Virus record (IMG/VR): IMGVR_UViG_3300014969_000016
Location: 32,001-96,000 of that record
Direction: 5' to 3' (one strand)
Origin: a virus
Taxonomy: Duplodnaviria; Caudoviricetes
DNA: 64,000 nt
Numbering within the stretch: position 1 is the stretch's first letter; the number at the start of each line of letters is the position of its first letter. The position numbers were made by a program, and so were the translations under genes. Below the pieces are notes generated by a model that was not told where the DNA came from, did no database searches, and saw only the letters and a program-made list of their open reading frames with translations. Shown here piece by piece: positions 1 through 9,108 of this stretch.

Positions 1-561
1 CAGGCTGGCGTCGCCCTTCCAGGTGAGCACGCCGCCGCCGTTCATCATGAACTCGTCGCCCGTGCCGTTGCGGTTCTGCACCAGCGGGTCGCCCACCGGG
101 ATCTTGGTCAGCAGGGAGCGCGAGACGAACTTGCGCTTGTCCACCACGTTGTCGGATAGATTCGCCGTGCCGGTGGGGGCGTACACCGCCGCCAGCACGG
201 TGACGTTGGTCGGCGGGTCCGGGAACACCGGATCAACCGCTGGCGTCCCGCCGATACGGACCAGGGAGCCGCCGTCGTCCACGGCAACGAGGTCGAAGCG
301 GTCCTGGGATCCACCGACGCCGACGTTGACCGTCTGACCAGACGAGACGATGACGAGCTTGCCGTTGACGATGGCCAGGCCACCGAGCGAGCACTGGGCC
401 GTCGATCCAGTGACGGTGATGAGACAGCCTTCGATCACGCCCCAGCGGGCGTGGGCCATCGTGTTGAAGTCGATCCGATCTGGCTCAGACATCCGGGGGT
501 TCGTGACATCCGCCGCATTGGGGATGAGGAACCCGTCATGGGTCAGTGATGGCCGAGTCAT
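1..561 (-). CDS. Virion structural protein (3' end runs off the window)
   Basis: ATG at 561, open frame to position 1 (MTRPSLTHDGFLIPNAADV...DRFDLVAV...DPVFPDPP...VVDKRKFV). Absent from the ORF track because no stop lies in the window. Sits downstream of the capsid genes. Confidence 0.7.
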   Translation of the reverse strand, partial: MTRPSLTHDGFLIPNAADVTNPRMSEPDRIDFNTMAHARWGVIEGCLITVTGSTAQCSLGGLAIVNGKLVIVSSGQTVNVGVGGSQDRFDLVAVDDGGSLVRIGGTPAVDPVFPDPPTNVTVLAAVYAPTGTANLSDNVVDKRKFVSRSLLTKIPVGDPLVQNRNGTGDEFMMNGGGVLTWKGDASL

Positions 562-573
562 TGTCGGCTGCTC

Positions 574-906
574 CTATCCGCGATGGTGGATGTACCCCAG
601 GTTGTTGAGATAACGAGCGATCTCGACAGGGATGCGGTACCGCTTGCCCGCCTCCAGGCGGTACGTGTAGTGCGGGTTCCCGTACGTGAACTCTTCGATG
701 GTTTCGGCCATCCGGATCTCCACGTATCCCTTGCTGTCCACAGCAGAGGTCGGCCTGTCCTCCAGCGGTTCGACTTCGATCTCACGATGCCGGGGCTGGT
801 TGGTCTGAAACCCGAGGTCTGACGGACGGGTGACCTCGCTCAGGGCGGGGTCCATGTCCGGATCGATCTCGACTTCGGCCTCTTGCTGCTGTCTCGTCGT
901 TGCCAC
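574..906 (-). CDS. Conserved head-module hypothetical protein
   Basis: 110 aa, AAGGAG RBS, co-oriented in the capsid operon. Confidence 0.75.
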   Translation of the reverse strand: MATTRQQQEAEVEIDPDMDPALSEVTRPSDLGFQTNQPRHREIEVEPLEDRPTSAVDSKGYVEIRMAETIEEFTYGNPHYTYRLEAGKRYRIPVEIARYLNNLGYIHHRG

Positions 907-946
907 GATGGTGTTCTCCTTGATATCCCGGTATGAGATTACGTGA

Positions 947-1891
947 TCAGGCCGAAGCGAGATCCTCTAGCTGTGCGATCAGCGTGGACCGGTTCTTGCC
1001 CGCTTCCTCGGCGGCGATCAGGTCTTCGACTTGGTCGGGGTTGGCCTCGGCGTACTCCACGACATCGGCCACCGAGTAGTCGGCCGGGTCGTAGGGCACC
1101 TGGGAGTCCAGCCACGACAGCAGGGATGAACGGGCCTTGCCCGCCAACTCGGCGTCGTAGATGGCTCCGGCCTCGTCGGGGTGTTCAGCGACGAACTCCT
1201 GCACCTCGGCCACGCTGTGGGCAGCCGGGTCGTAGCCGACAGCGATGTCGTCGGATGACTCATTTCCACCTTCTCTTCCTGCTGACAACAGGCCAGCCGA
1301 GGGGCCGGTGCCCGTCGCCACCGGAACGGTGACGGTGTAAACGCCAGCGGCCGGGTACTGCGCCGAATCCGACGTGACCGTGCCTCCCGACGCCGCCGAC
1401 GTGACATCGGCTCCTGTGCAGGGGAAGGTGAACGTGGTGCCCGAGGGCGTGCTGGCGATGGTGAACGTCCCGTTGAAGGGAGCGACCATGCCGGTGATGA
1501 CCACCGACTGGCCGACCTTGAAGCCGTGCGTGGCTGACGTAGTGAGGGTGGCGACGTTGGATGCCAGCGCCTTGTTCGACACGGTGCGTGGCACATTGGT
1601 GACAGTCAGCGTGGCCGTCTTGGTGGGCTGGGTCGGCCGGGTGGGATCACCGAAGGTGGTGCCGACAGCGGCGTAGGTGACCTCGGTCGGATCAGCCTTC
1701 ACCTGTGGCGTGGGAGTGCCGTCAGGCGGGAAGGCCCAGGAGAAGTCCTGGTCGGGTCGGGTGGTGCTCTGGTCGAGCTTGTAGTCCCACTTCAGCCCAT
1801 TGGTCGAGTTGACCGTGGCCATGACTGGCCCGGACTCCTGAACGCCTCGCGATCCCCAGGTGTTGGGTCCGTGGACGGCAACGATGCTCAT
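947..1891 (-). CDS. Virion/decoration-like protein with a beta-rich domain and two C-terminal helical repeats
   Basis: 314 aa, GGAGG RBS, directly after the capsid gene. NKALxxNVATLT..H domain is shared with the tail fibre. Tandem YDPA..SVA.V.E....PD......AE.AGK.RS.L repeats. Confidence 0.75.
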   Translation of the reverse strand: MSIVAVHGPNTWGSRGVQESGPVMATVNSTNGLKWDYKLDQSTTRPDQDFSWAFPPDGTPTPQVKADPTEVTYAAVGTTFGDPTRPTQPTKTATLTVTNVPRTVSNKALASNVATLTTSATHGFKVGQSVVITGMVAPFNGTFTIASTPSGTTFTFPCTGADVTSAASGGTVTSDSAQYPAAGVYTVTVPVATGTGPSAGLLSAGREGGNESSDDIAVGYDPAAHSVAEVQEFVAEHPDEAGAIYDAELAGKARSSLLSWLDSQVPYDPADYSVADVVEYAEANPDQVEDLIAAEEAGKNRSTLIAQLEDLASA

Positions 1892-1913
1892 GTGATACCT
1901 CCGTATCGACAGC

Positions 1914-1943
1914 GTGGGAGAGGGGTTTGACCCCCTCTCCCAC
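1914..1943 (-). terminator. Stem-loop after the major capsid gene (terminator/attenuator)
   Basis: GTGGGAGAGGGG-N6-CCCCTCTCCCAC, 12-bp stem, no U-tract. Confidence 0.6.
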
Positions 1944-1959
1944 TCACGCTGCGTTGGGC

Positions 1960-3303
1960 CTAGTTGGTGATGATCTTGACGACCGACGAGTCGGTGATGA
2001 CTCCCCAGCCCCAGATGCTGTACCAGGCCAGAGCGTGCTCACGACCGAAGTCGAGCACGCCGCCGTCACGGAGTTCGACCGGCAGCGAGATGGCGTGGCC
2101 GAAGGCGTTGTCGCCCAGCATGATCGCCTCGTAGATGCCGTTCGACGGACCCCACGGCTCGCCCCAGCCAGGCAGCGCCGTCTCACCTGTGGGCAAGTCG
2201 TCCAGCGCAGCCGGGTCAGCGATATCGGGGTAGGGCGACGGGTCGGCAGCACCTTGAATGTCGCCACCGGTCACGCCGAGGGCGTTGCCACGCCAGTCCG
2301 GGTTGAACGGGTTGACCGAGGTGAGGTTCCCACCAGGGAGTTGTGGCCACAGGTCGGTGGCATCCACCGTGCCAGCGAGCGGGCTGGACACCTGCGTCGT
2401 CTCGATGAAGACCACGTCGTCCAGTCGGCCGACCTCTCCGAGCATGAAGTTGCCCGGTGCGGCATACTTGGTTACCTCGATCCATTCCGGAGTATCGCGC
2501 AGGCGACGACTCTGGTGTGGATGGATGAAACACACGTATGTTTCACCGAGGCGGGGGACGTTCTTGGTGGCCAGCACCTCGACGGCGTCCTTCACCGAGT
2601 ACGGCGTGAGCCAGAAGTTGTCGTCCAGCGCCGGGGTGCCCGCAGAGGTCGTGACCTGGGCGAGGCCGGTGGCGGGGGTGCCGCCCTCGTACACGCCGTA
2701 GCCGACGTTGATGGCGGTCGGCTTGGCGTAGCCGAAGACCACCGACGTGGAGCGGGAGAGCGTCTGGCGAGCCTGGGAGTCCATGTACAGCGCCATGTTC
2801 CGGCCGAGCAGCCGGGACGACGACGCCATGATGTCATCGAAGCTGGCATTCAGCAGGAGTTCGGATACGGCGACGGCGAAGCCTTGCTCCTGCACCGTGA
2901 TCGCGTACTGGTTCGCCGTGATCGCGTGGGTCTTCATCCGCACGCCTTCGATCAGCGGACCCGAGGGCATCGGGAGATTGTTGTATCGCATGAAGTTCAC
3001 GGTCAATCCCGGCATCGTGCCGAGTTCCGTCTTCTTTACTGCGAATTGTTCGAACCGGAGTACCGGCATCGACTGGAACAGGATCTCCTTCGACCAGATC
3101 GTCTGGATCGCTGGACCCAGCATTGTCGATCCGGTCGCCACTGATCCCGAGTAGCCGACCGCCGTGTTGTCGAGGGTTGCCGTTCCACGATAGCCAACCG
3201 GCATGTCGTAGTTGGAGTATGGGCCTCCGGTCGCGAGCCTCGTTGTACCGGCGATACCGGATACGACAGGAAGTTCGCCACCGAGGCTGCCACCTGCTGG
3301 CAT
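1960..3303 (-). CDS. Major capsid protein, N4-gp56 family (HK97 fold)
   Basis: 447 aa. Motifs IQTIWSKEILF, LRFEQFAVKKTELG.MPG.TVNF.RY, YVCFIHPHQ..LRD, GEVGRL..V.FIET, DFGREH.LAWY. Follows scaffold and portal. Confidence 0.92.
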   Translation of the reverse strand: MPAGGSLGGELPVVSGIAGTTRLATGGPYSNYDMPVGYRGTATLDNTAVGYSGSVATGSTMLGPAIQTIWSKEILFQSMPVLRFEQFAVKKTELGTMPGLTVNFMRYNNLPMPSGPLIEGVRMKTHAITANQYAITVQEQGFAVAVSELLLNASFDDIMASSSRLLGRNMALYMDSQARQTLSRSTSVVFGYAKPTAINVGYGVYEGGTPATGLAQVTTSAGTPALDDNFWLTPYSVKDAVEVLATKNVPRLGETYVCFIHPHQSRRLRDTPEWIEVTKYAAPGNFMLGEVGRLDDVVFIETTQVSSPLAGTVDATDLWPQLPGGNLTSVNPFNPDWRGNALGVTGGDIQGAADPSPYPDIADPAALDDLPTGETALPGWGEPWGPSNGIYEAIMLGDNAFGHAISLPVELRDGGVLDFGREHALAWYSIWGWGVITDSSVVKIITN

Positions 3304-3371
3304 GGTGATCTCCTTCTGGAGCGTGGGGACGACGGGCGCCCCCTATGTGGGGTGATGTGTTACCCGTGTGA

Positions 3372-4193
3372 TCAGCCCAGTCGGCGTGACTGGCTGGTCG
3401 CCTGAAGGAGTTGATTCCTGTACTTCTTGTACGTTTCCATGTCCATGCCACGAATGTCTTCGGGCGTCAACGATTCATACGACGGCAATTGCTCCATTGG
3501 ACCAACAGGTGGGGCCGTGGGTGCGGCCCCTCTCGGTGCGAACGGAACCTGCGGTGGTTCCACGGCTGCGAAGTTGGCGAGGACAGAAGCTGTGCGCTCC
3601 TTCATCACCTCGATTGAGTGGTCGATCTCCTCGGGGGTGGCCCCTTGGATGAAGTCACGAAGTTCAGGAAGGATGTCGTTCGCTTCCTGAGCGATCCGGT
3701 CACGACGGTACAACTCGGCCTCTTGTAGCTGGCGCTCCTTCGCGAACACCTCACGGTCGGCGTTGTACCGCCCCTCCAGAGTGGCCAGTTGGCTGTTCCA
3801 CTCCTGCTCCCGCTTCTCCAGAAGCTCCCGAACGCCAAGTTCGGTTTCCTCCTGGGCCTTCTGCGCGTTGGCTGCCTCCTGGGCAAGCCGTTCACGTTCG
3901 GCCTTCTCGGCCTCACGCTCTTGGCGCAACTGCTTGAGTTGCTCCGACATTTCCTCCAACCGGGGATAGAGCTTGTCCTTCTCCTGCTTGCGGGCGTTCT
4001 CCACGTCTTCGTCGGTCCACCGGTAGGCGGGCCGCTCTTCGGGAGGCGGCTGTTGGCGGGAGGGTGTGGGCTGGCTCACGGCCTGATCAGGCCGGGTCTG
4101 CTGGTAATCGACGGCGTAGCGCGGCTGAGCCGGATCGACGCCGACGAGTAGTCCCTGACCCGTCTCTGAGATGTTCCCCTGCGTGTTCGACAT
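3372..4193 (-). CDS. Capsid scaffolding protein
   Basis: 273 aa E/Q/R-rich coiled coil between portal and capsid; C-terminal IRGMDMETYKKYRNQLL. Confidence 0.8.
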   Translation of the reverse strand: MSNTQGNISETGQGLLVGVDPAQPRYAVDYQQTRPDQAVSQPTPSRQQPPPEERPAYRWTDEDVENARKQEKDKLYPRLEEMSEQLKQLRQEREAEKAERERLAQEAANAQKAQEETELGVRELLEKREQEWNSQLATLEGRYNADREVFAKERQLQEAELYRRDRIAQEANDILPELRDFIQGATPEEIDHSIEVMKERTASVLANFAAVEPPQVPFAPRGAAPTAPPVGPMEQLPSYESLTPEDIRGMDMETYKKYRNQLLQATSQSRRLG

Positions 4194-4290
4194 GTGTTCC
4201 CTCGGGTTGTCCCTGTGTTTCAGTTGGTATTTCTAGCACGGATGCCGCTGATATACGAGTATCTCATCGCTAAGGGACGTATCAGCGTCA

Positions 4291-5949
4291 TCACGTCTGG
4301 TCATCCGACTCAAAGTCGGCTAGCTGTGGCGGCATGCCGCCGTACGCCAGGAACTGAAGCTCCTGGGCGATCTCGGGGTTGATCGGTGGCTGGGCGATCT
4401 GTGGGTTGCCCTCGGCATCGGCCCCCATCATCGGTGTGCCATCGGGCATCATGCCGGTAGCAGCCATGTTGAAGGCGGCGATCTGGTTCTGGACGAGGGT
4501 GAGGGCGCCCGCCTCCTTGGCATCCTCCATGACCTCTTCGAAGATCTCCCTGATCTTCTGGTCGGGGAACTGTGTGCCCAGGTCACGCAGGGCGCCACGC
4601 CTGGATTCAAGCTGCATCGCCATCAGCGCCTGGATCTCGTTGATCTTGAGCAGCCGGTCGATGGGCATCGGGCTGGGCCAGTCCACGTACGTGCGGTAGC
4701 TGACCGCCAACGTCGGGTCCAGTTGCTGCATCTGGTCGGCCTTGAGGTACGTGGAGGACCGCACCGGGTCGTACATCGTCAACTCGGGGGCGAAGACGAA
4801 GGCGTGGCGGATGATCAACTCGTTGACCCGTTCGAACAGCCGGGTGTAGTTGACCTTCTTGCGGTCGTGCTTCAGCATCAGCGGCTGGTACTGGATCGAC
4901 AACGCCACGCCCGACGTGTTGGAGATCGGCTGCATCGTGCCGAGAGCAGTCGCTGGTACCCCGGTTAGCTCATGCATCGCCTGCTTCAGCAACTCCATGT
5001 AGCCCAGTGGCCCAGTGAAGTTGGTCTGTAGCTCCAACTGCTGGATCTTGGCGTCCTTGTTGGTGACGGCCCACACCTTGCGCGGACCCTTCTCCAGGTT
5101 CGACGCCTTGGCTCCTGTTATGACAGTGACCGGGCTGGCGTGGTAGTTGATGATGTCCGAGATCTCCGTGGCCTTCTCGTTGTACTCACGGTTCAGCGGG
5201 ATGATGTCGATGATGTCTGCCAGACCCCATGGGCTGGAGGCCACTGTGATATTGGGGCAGAAGGCGACTGCTATCTCACCAATCGGGTTGGGCCGAGAGT
5301 CGATCATCTCGTCGTTGATGTACTCTTCGATCATGTCCTCCGTCATCAACTCGACGTAGGTCATGACCTGGCGTGTTCCGTCGCTGGCGGTCCCGAAGAA
5401 CTTGTACTTGGTCTTGAACCGGATCATGCGGGAGCGGTCGTGCGGATGCCACTCCGGGAAGCAGAAGGCCGGGTTGATAGGAAGGATCCTGATGCGGCCC
5501 TCTTGCGGGACACCGGCCGGGTCAACGTATGGTGGCTCGTATGCCACCTTCACGAAGCAGTCGCCGCTCACCGAGCCAAGCTGCGCTAGCTCCATCAACA
5601 CCTGTTGCTTGTTGTTATGAACTTCCCACACTTCCTTGAGCGTGTAGGGCGTGATCGCAGCGGTCGCTTCCGGGCTGTAGAAGTTGACGCCCTTGGTGAA
5701 GGAGAAGTTGACCAGGTAGTCGGAGAAGGCCTTGACCCAGTTGAAGGTGAGTTGTGGCTCCCCGATCTCGCGCTTGTACGCCCAGTGGTGCCCGAGGTAC
5801 CACGCCCAGTTCGACGCGTAGCGGTTCATACGTGGGCCGTGGACTTCGAACTCCTCGTCGGCAAGCTCCACAAGCCCCAGCGGTGATATCGCAACGGTGA
5901 GGTCAGATGCCGCCGCCCGATAGCTGGGTGCGTTGAAGGCGACGGTCAT
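4291..5949 (-). CDS. Portal protein (SPP1 gp6-like)
   Basis: 552 aa. Motifs WAWYLGHHW, GSVSGDCFVKV, WGLADIIDIIPLNREYN, SNTSGVAL. Expected position. Confidence 0.9.
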   Translation of the reverse strand: MTVAFNAPSYRAAASDLTVAISPLGLVELADEEFEVHGPRMNRYASNWAWYLGHHWAYKREIGEPQLTFNWVKAFSDYLVNFSFTKGVNFYSPEATAAITPYTLKEVWEVHNNKQQVLMELAQLGSVSGDCFVKVAYEPPYVDPAGVPQEGRIRILPINPAFCFPEWHPHDRSRMIRFKTKYKFFGTASDGTRQVMTYVELMTEDMIEEYINDEMIDSRPNPIGEIAVAFCPNITVASSPWGLADIIDIIPLNREYNEKATEISDIINYHASPVTVITGAKASNLEKGPRKVWAVTNKDAKIQQLELQTNFTGPLGYMELLKQAMHELTGVPATALGTMQPISNTSGVALSIQYQPLMLKHDRKKVNYTRLFERVNELIIRHAFVFAPELTMYDPVRSSTYLKADQMQQLDPTLAVSYRTYVDWPSPMPIDRLLKINEIQALMAMQLESRRGALRDLGTQFPDQKIREIFEEVMEDAKEAGALTLVQNQIAAFNMAATGMMPDGTPMMGADAEGNPQIAQPPINPEIAQELQFLAYGGMPPQLADFESDDQT

Positions 5950-6122
5950 ACACGCCTACCGTACTGGCTATCCCAGTGGGGTTGCTGTTGCTGCTGCTGA
6001 GTCATGTAGGCGTCGTTCTCGTCGCGCTCTTGGCGGCTGGTCGTCACCTTGCCGCCCTGGTGCCGGTGCCCGTAGTCAGCAGGGTTGAACAGTTGCGGGT
6101 GAAGGTGGTCGGTTGCTGCCAT
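5946..6122 (-). CDS. 58-aa protein starting MAATDHLHPQLF (candidate tagged virion cargo)
   Basis: Not in the ORF track. Start and stop overlap both neighbours. First 7 residues are identical to those of 6122..6502. Confidence 0.75.
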   Translation of the reverse strand: MAATDHLHPQLFNPADYGHRHQGGKVTTSRQERDENDAYMTQQQQQQPHWDSQYGRRV

Positions 6123-6502
6123 CAGGGGAACGACGGAAATCTGTTGGTGGTCACGGGCTGCTGAGGTTCCGGGGTGCTGCGCTTGGTGTAGTCCCGGTAC
6201 TGCACCGGGACATAGCTGCGGGGATTGGCGGTGTATGCCGCCATGATGCGATGGTGCCCGGAGACGATCTTCTGCTCGCCGCCTTCGTGGATCCCGAGCG
6301 TCACCGGGTACTCGACACCACGCTTGGCCACGTCGGCAGCCAGACCGTCAGCGGCGTTGTCCTTGCGCTTGGAAGTCCACATCTGGTCGTGTGACTTCCA
6401 CCCGGCCGGGTGGCTGGGATCAACATCGGCCGATCTGTAGTCCTGCAGTAGCTCCCGTGCTGTCATGAACAGCTTGCCCTGGAGGTGATCGGTGGCAGCC
6501 AT
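6122..6502 (-). CDS. ParB/Srx-like N-terminal domain protein
   Basis: LAADVAKRGVEYPVTL...IVSGHHRIMAA; paralogue at 51944..52417. Confidence 0.75.
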   Translation of the reverse strand: MAATDHLQGKLFMTARELLQDYRSADVDPSHPAGWKSHDQMWTSKRKDNAADGLAADVAKRGVEYPVTLGIHEGGEQKIVSGHHRIMAAYTANPRSYVPVQYRDYTKRSTPEPQQPVTTNRFPSFP

Positions 6503-7344
6503 CAGAACAGGGTTCCCTGGTTCGGATCGTGCCTGGACTCCTGGTGGCCAGCGTGGAACTCTTCGGTGCGATCACGTGGGTGCAGTTCGGACAGCAGCGG
6601 TTCGTGGGCACTCTCGGTGATGGCCCCCCACTTCTCCAGGCCCGCCGCCGCACCGATCCGGTTCACATCCTTCTCACCGAAGTCGATGGCCTCGCCCAGG
6701 CTCATGCTCGACCTCAGCAAGTCCCACTTGGGGGTGTAGCCGATGTGCCTGCCGGTCTGCTGGTTCTCAATGGCGTGGACGTTGTCGAACATCGTCTGCT
6801 GAACGTGGGGCAGGATGGCCTGCTCGTCATCCAGCCGTCGAAACTCCGGGGTGCCGTGGACAGCATGGTGGACCAGATCGACGTAGTTGTTGTTGCCACG
6901 TGATTCGATGGTCGGCTCCCGGCCGGTGGGTTCATACTCATGTACGCCAGCCGGGGCGACGGCATGGTCACGCACCGTGGCTCCAGGCCGCAGACGCACC
7001 TCGGCCTCCATGTCCAGCCCCCACTGTGACTTGCCTGTCTTGAACTTGCCCTCTGAGTCCGTGTAATGCGAGCGGATGTTGCCGCCCTTCCACTCGCCCT
7101 CGGTGATGACCTGATCGCGAGACACGGTGGCCCGGTGGACGAAGCGGTCGTCGCCAGATCCACCAAGGCCGGTGTAGTGCGAGACGTTCTCGTCGGTTGA
7201 CCAGTGGATACCGAGCGAACCGCCAGGGTCACCCTTCTGCATGCGGTAGACCGTCATGCTCTCGGGCGGATTCTTGGCCATCTCCTTGAACTGCTCCTTG
7301 CGGAGGTTGCTGGCCCGGTACTCCTCGTCGGACATGCGCTCCAT
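6502..7344 (-). CDS. Putative ADP-ribosyltransferase-fold protein
   Basis: TVYR / GIHWSTD / EAEVRL match the order of the R-S-ExE ART signature; ends QGTLF. Confidence 0.5.
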   Translation of the reverse strand: MERMSDEEYRASNLRKEQFKEMAKNPPESMTVYRMQKGDPGGSLGIHWSTDENVSHYTGLGGSGDDRFVHRATVSRDQVITEGEWKGGNIRSHYTDSEGKFKTGKSQWGLDMEAEVRLRPGATVRDHAVAPAGVHEYEPTGREPTIESRGNNNYVDLVHHAVHGTPEFRRLDDEQAILPHVQQTMFDNVHAIENQQTGRHIGYTPKWDLLRSSMSLGEAIDFGEKDVNRIGAAAGLEKWGAITESAHEPLLSELHPRDRTEEFHAGHQESRHDPNQGTLF

Positions 7345-7562
7345 CAGAACGTCGGCTTTGAGTAGGGCGACTTCATACGCATGTAGCTGCGGTACTGGTT
7401 CTTCTGCGGATTGCGCTGGTAGAACGCCGGGAACTGCTTGCTGGACATGGGCGGGAACGGATCGTTGACCGGGCGTGTGTCATGTTTCGCAGCGGCCAGC
7501 GTGACGTGATGACGCGACGCCTGGCGGCGGGGGCGACTCTCCCCCCGATACTCACTAGCCAC
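7344..7562 (-). CDS. Small basic hypothetical protein
   Basis: GTG start at 7562 overlapping the upstream stop (MASEYRGESRPRRQ...MSSKQF...). Confidence 0.55.
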   Translation of the reverse strand: MASEYRGESRPRRQASRHHVTLAAAKHDTRPVNDPFPPMSSKQFPAFYQRNPQKNQYRSYMRMKSPYSKPTF

Positions 7563-7845
7563 GGAACCCCGGAGCGCCCTTGACGTGATAGCCCCGGCCG
7601 CTCTCGTTCTTCTCCAGCGCCGGTCCCTTGCCGAAGTCACCTCCACCACCAGGGCGGTACGAACCAACCACCCGTCCTGTTGACCACTTGCCGGAACTTT
7701 CCGTGGTGACGCCAGTACCAGGCTCATCGAACAACATGTCTTGGGAGATAAGGCCAGATAGCTGCGTGCTCTTGCCCACCTTCCGCTTGGGGTGGTTGGC
7801 CTTGTCCGGGGCCAACCTGCCATCGTCTCGGTGTCCACTAGCCAT
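7555..7845 (-). CDS. Small Gly-rich protein with NHPKRKV and QDMLF motifs
   Basis: 96 aa, GGAGG RBS. Confidence 0.75.
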   Translation of the reverse strand: MASGHRDDGRLAPDKANHPKRKVGKSTQLSGLISQDMLFDEPGTGVTTESSGKWSTGRVVGSYRPGGGGDFGKGPALEKNESGRGYHVKGAPGFRG

Positions 7846-7860
7846 TGTGATACCTCCGTA

Positions 7861-8151
7861 TCAGCCCTTCCAGGTTCCGCTGCGGCGCTCGTTCTCGCTG
7901 GCGGGTCCGTGGTGCGTGTAGCCCTGGCTGAGGTAGTCGCCGCCCTCGTTGTAGCGACTGACGTACTGGCGCCGGGTAGCGACGCCGCCCACGTCCACGA
8001 CGGAGTTGTCGAACACCTCGCGATGCACCTTGCGGTCAGGGTTGTCAGCCTGGTTCGCCGCCAGCCGCCGACCGGACGACGACATCTTGTACTGGTGGGC
8101 CGGTGTTGACCGTTCCTTCTTGATGGCAGCGACCTGCTCAGCGCGCTTCAC
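7861..8151 (-). CDS. Small protein with DNPDRKVHREVF motif
   Basis: 96 aa, GTGA coupling. Confidence 0.7.
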   Translation of the reverse strand: MKRAEQVAAIKKERSTPAHQYKMSSSGRRLAANQADNPDRKVHREVFDNSVVDVGGVATRRQYVSRYNEGGDYLSQGYTHHGPASENERRSGTWKG

Positions 8152-8303
8152 TTCTTCTTCGCTTCCTTCTTCAGGACGCCGCTGGCCTTCTTGATGGCCT
8201 TGCCCTCGGAGTCACCGGACTTCTCGGCCGACTCACGCACGTGCTCCCACTGACGGGACTTCTTGGCGGTGTTGGCCTTCTTGGTGTGTTCGGATGCGGG
8301 CAT
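8148..8303 (-). CDS. Small basic ChaB-like protein
   Basis: MPASEHTKKANTAKKSRQWEHVRESAEKSGDSEGKAIKKASGVLKK; start moved to the ATG at 8303. Confidence 0.6.
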   Translation of the reverse strand: MPASEHTKKANTAKKSRQWEHVRESAEKSGDSEGKAIKKASGVLKKEAKKK

Positions 8304-8404
8304 CAGATCCTCCCTCGCAGTAGCAAGATGACGAGCAGGATGATCAGGATCAGCAGGATGACGCCCCCGCCGATGTAGAGGCCACCAGCAAGTAGGGGAA
8401 ACAT
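8303..8404 (-). CDS. 33-aa single-TM microprotein
   Basis: MFPLLAGGLYIGGGVILLILIILLVILLLRGRI; TGATG coupling on both sides; not in the ORF track. Confidence 0.7.
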   Translation of the reverse strand: MFPLLAGGLYIGGGVILLILIILLVILLLRGRI

Positions 8405-8622
8405 CAGCCACCTCTCCTTCGGTCACGTTCACGGTCGTAGGCATCGGGGTCTTCGTTCATGGCGATGCCTTCGAAGTTGGGCTTGACCTTGTTCCACTTC
8501 GGGTCGGGTGGCCCGTACTCCGGGTAGCTGGCCATCGAACGGGAGAGGGCGTCGAACTCCGGCCCCCGAAAGCGTTCACGGTGAACCTGACGGTTGGGGT
8601 CGTTCTCTCTACGGTCAGCCAT
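8404..8622 (-). CDS. Small protein with NDPNRQVHRERF motif
   Basis: 72 aa, GAGG RBS. Confidence 0.7.
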   Translation of the reverse strand: MADRRENDPNRQVHRERFRGPEFDALSRSMASYPEYGPPDPKWNKVKPNFEGIAMNEDPDAYDRERDRRRGG

Positions 8623-8632
8623 CGATACCTCT

Positions 8633-8950
8633 CTATGCCACGGTGCTCTGGTGGCGGTTCATGATCTGGCCCACCGGCCCGTAGCTGTTGGTGTAGCGGG
8701 GCTGGTTGTCCTGCGTGAACGCCACCACCGGGTCCGTCATGCGCTGAGGCATCTGGATCGACAGGTTGCCATGCATGCGGGCGGTGGCGTCCTGGGCGCT
8801 CATCCCGGCGTCGCGCATGCGCTCCCAGTTGCCCTGGATGACCGGCCCTGCGTCACGGCTGCTGATACCACCGTCAGTGCTGGGATGGACGATGCCGATG
8901 GAACTGGGCCGACGTGCAGGACTCATGGCGGTGTTGATACCTCTGGCCAT
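8633..8950 (-). CDS. Hypothetical protein
   Basis: 105 aa, translationally coupled. Confidence 0.65.
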   Translation of the reverse strand: MARGINTAMSPARRPSSIGIVHPSTDGGISSRDAGPVIQGNWERMRDAGMSAQDATARMHGNLSIQMPQRMTDPVVAFTQDNQPRYTNSYGPVGQIMNRHQSTVA

Positions 8951-9108
8951 CAGCGGGTGCTTTCTCTCCCACCCTTGGAGCGCTTGGCCTCACGGGTCTT
9001 GGCCGTGTCCTTCACACTCTTCGGAGCAGCATGGCGGGGTGCTTCCTTCTTGCCCTTGCCGAAGCTTCCCTTGTCCTTGCTGTCGGTGTGCTGGGCCTTC
9101 TCGGTCAT
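8950..9108 (-). CDS. 52-aa Lys-rich protein (possible DNA binder)
   Basis: MTEKAQHTDSKDKGSFGKGKKEAP...; ATGA coupling. Confidence 0.6.
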   Translation of the reverse strand: MTEKAQHTDSKDKGSFGKGKKEAPRHAAPKSVKDTAKTREAKRSKGGRESTR

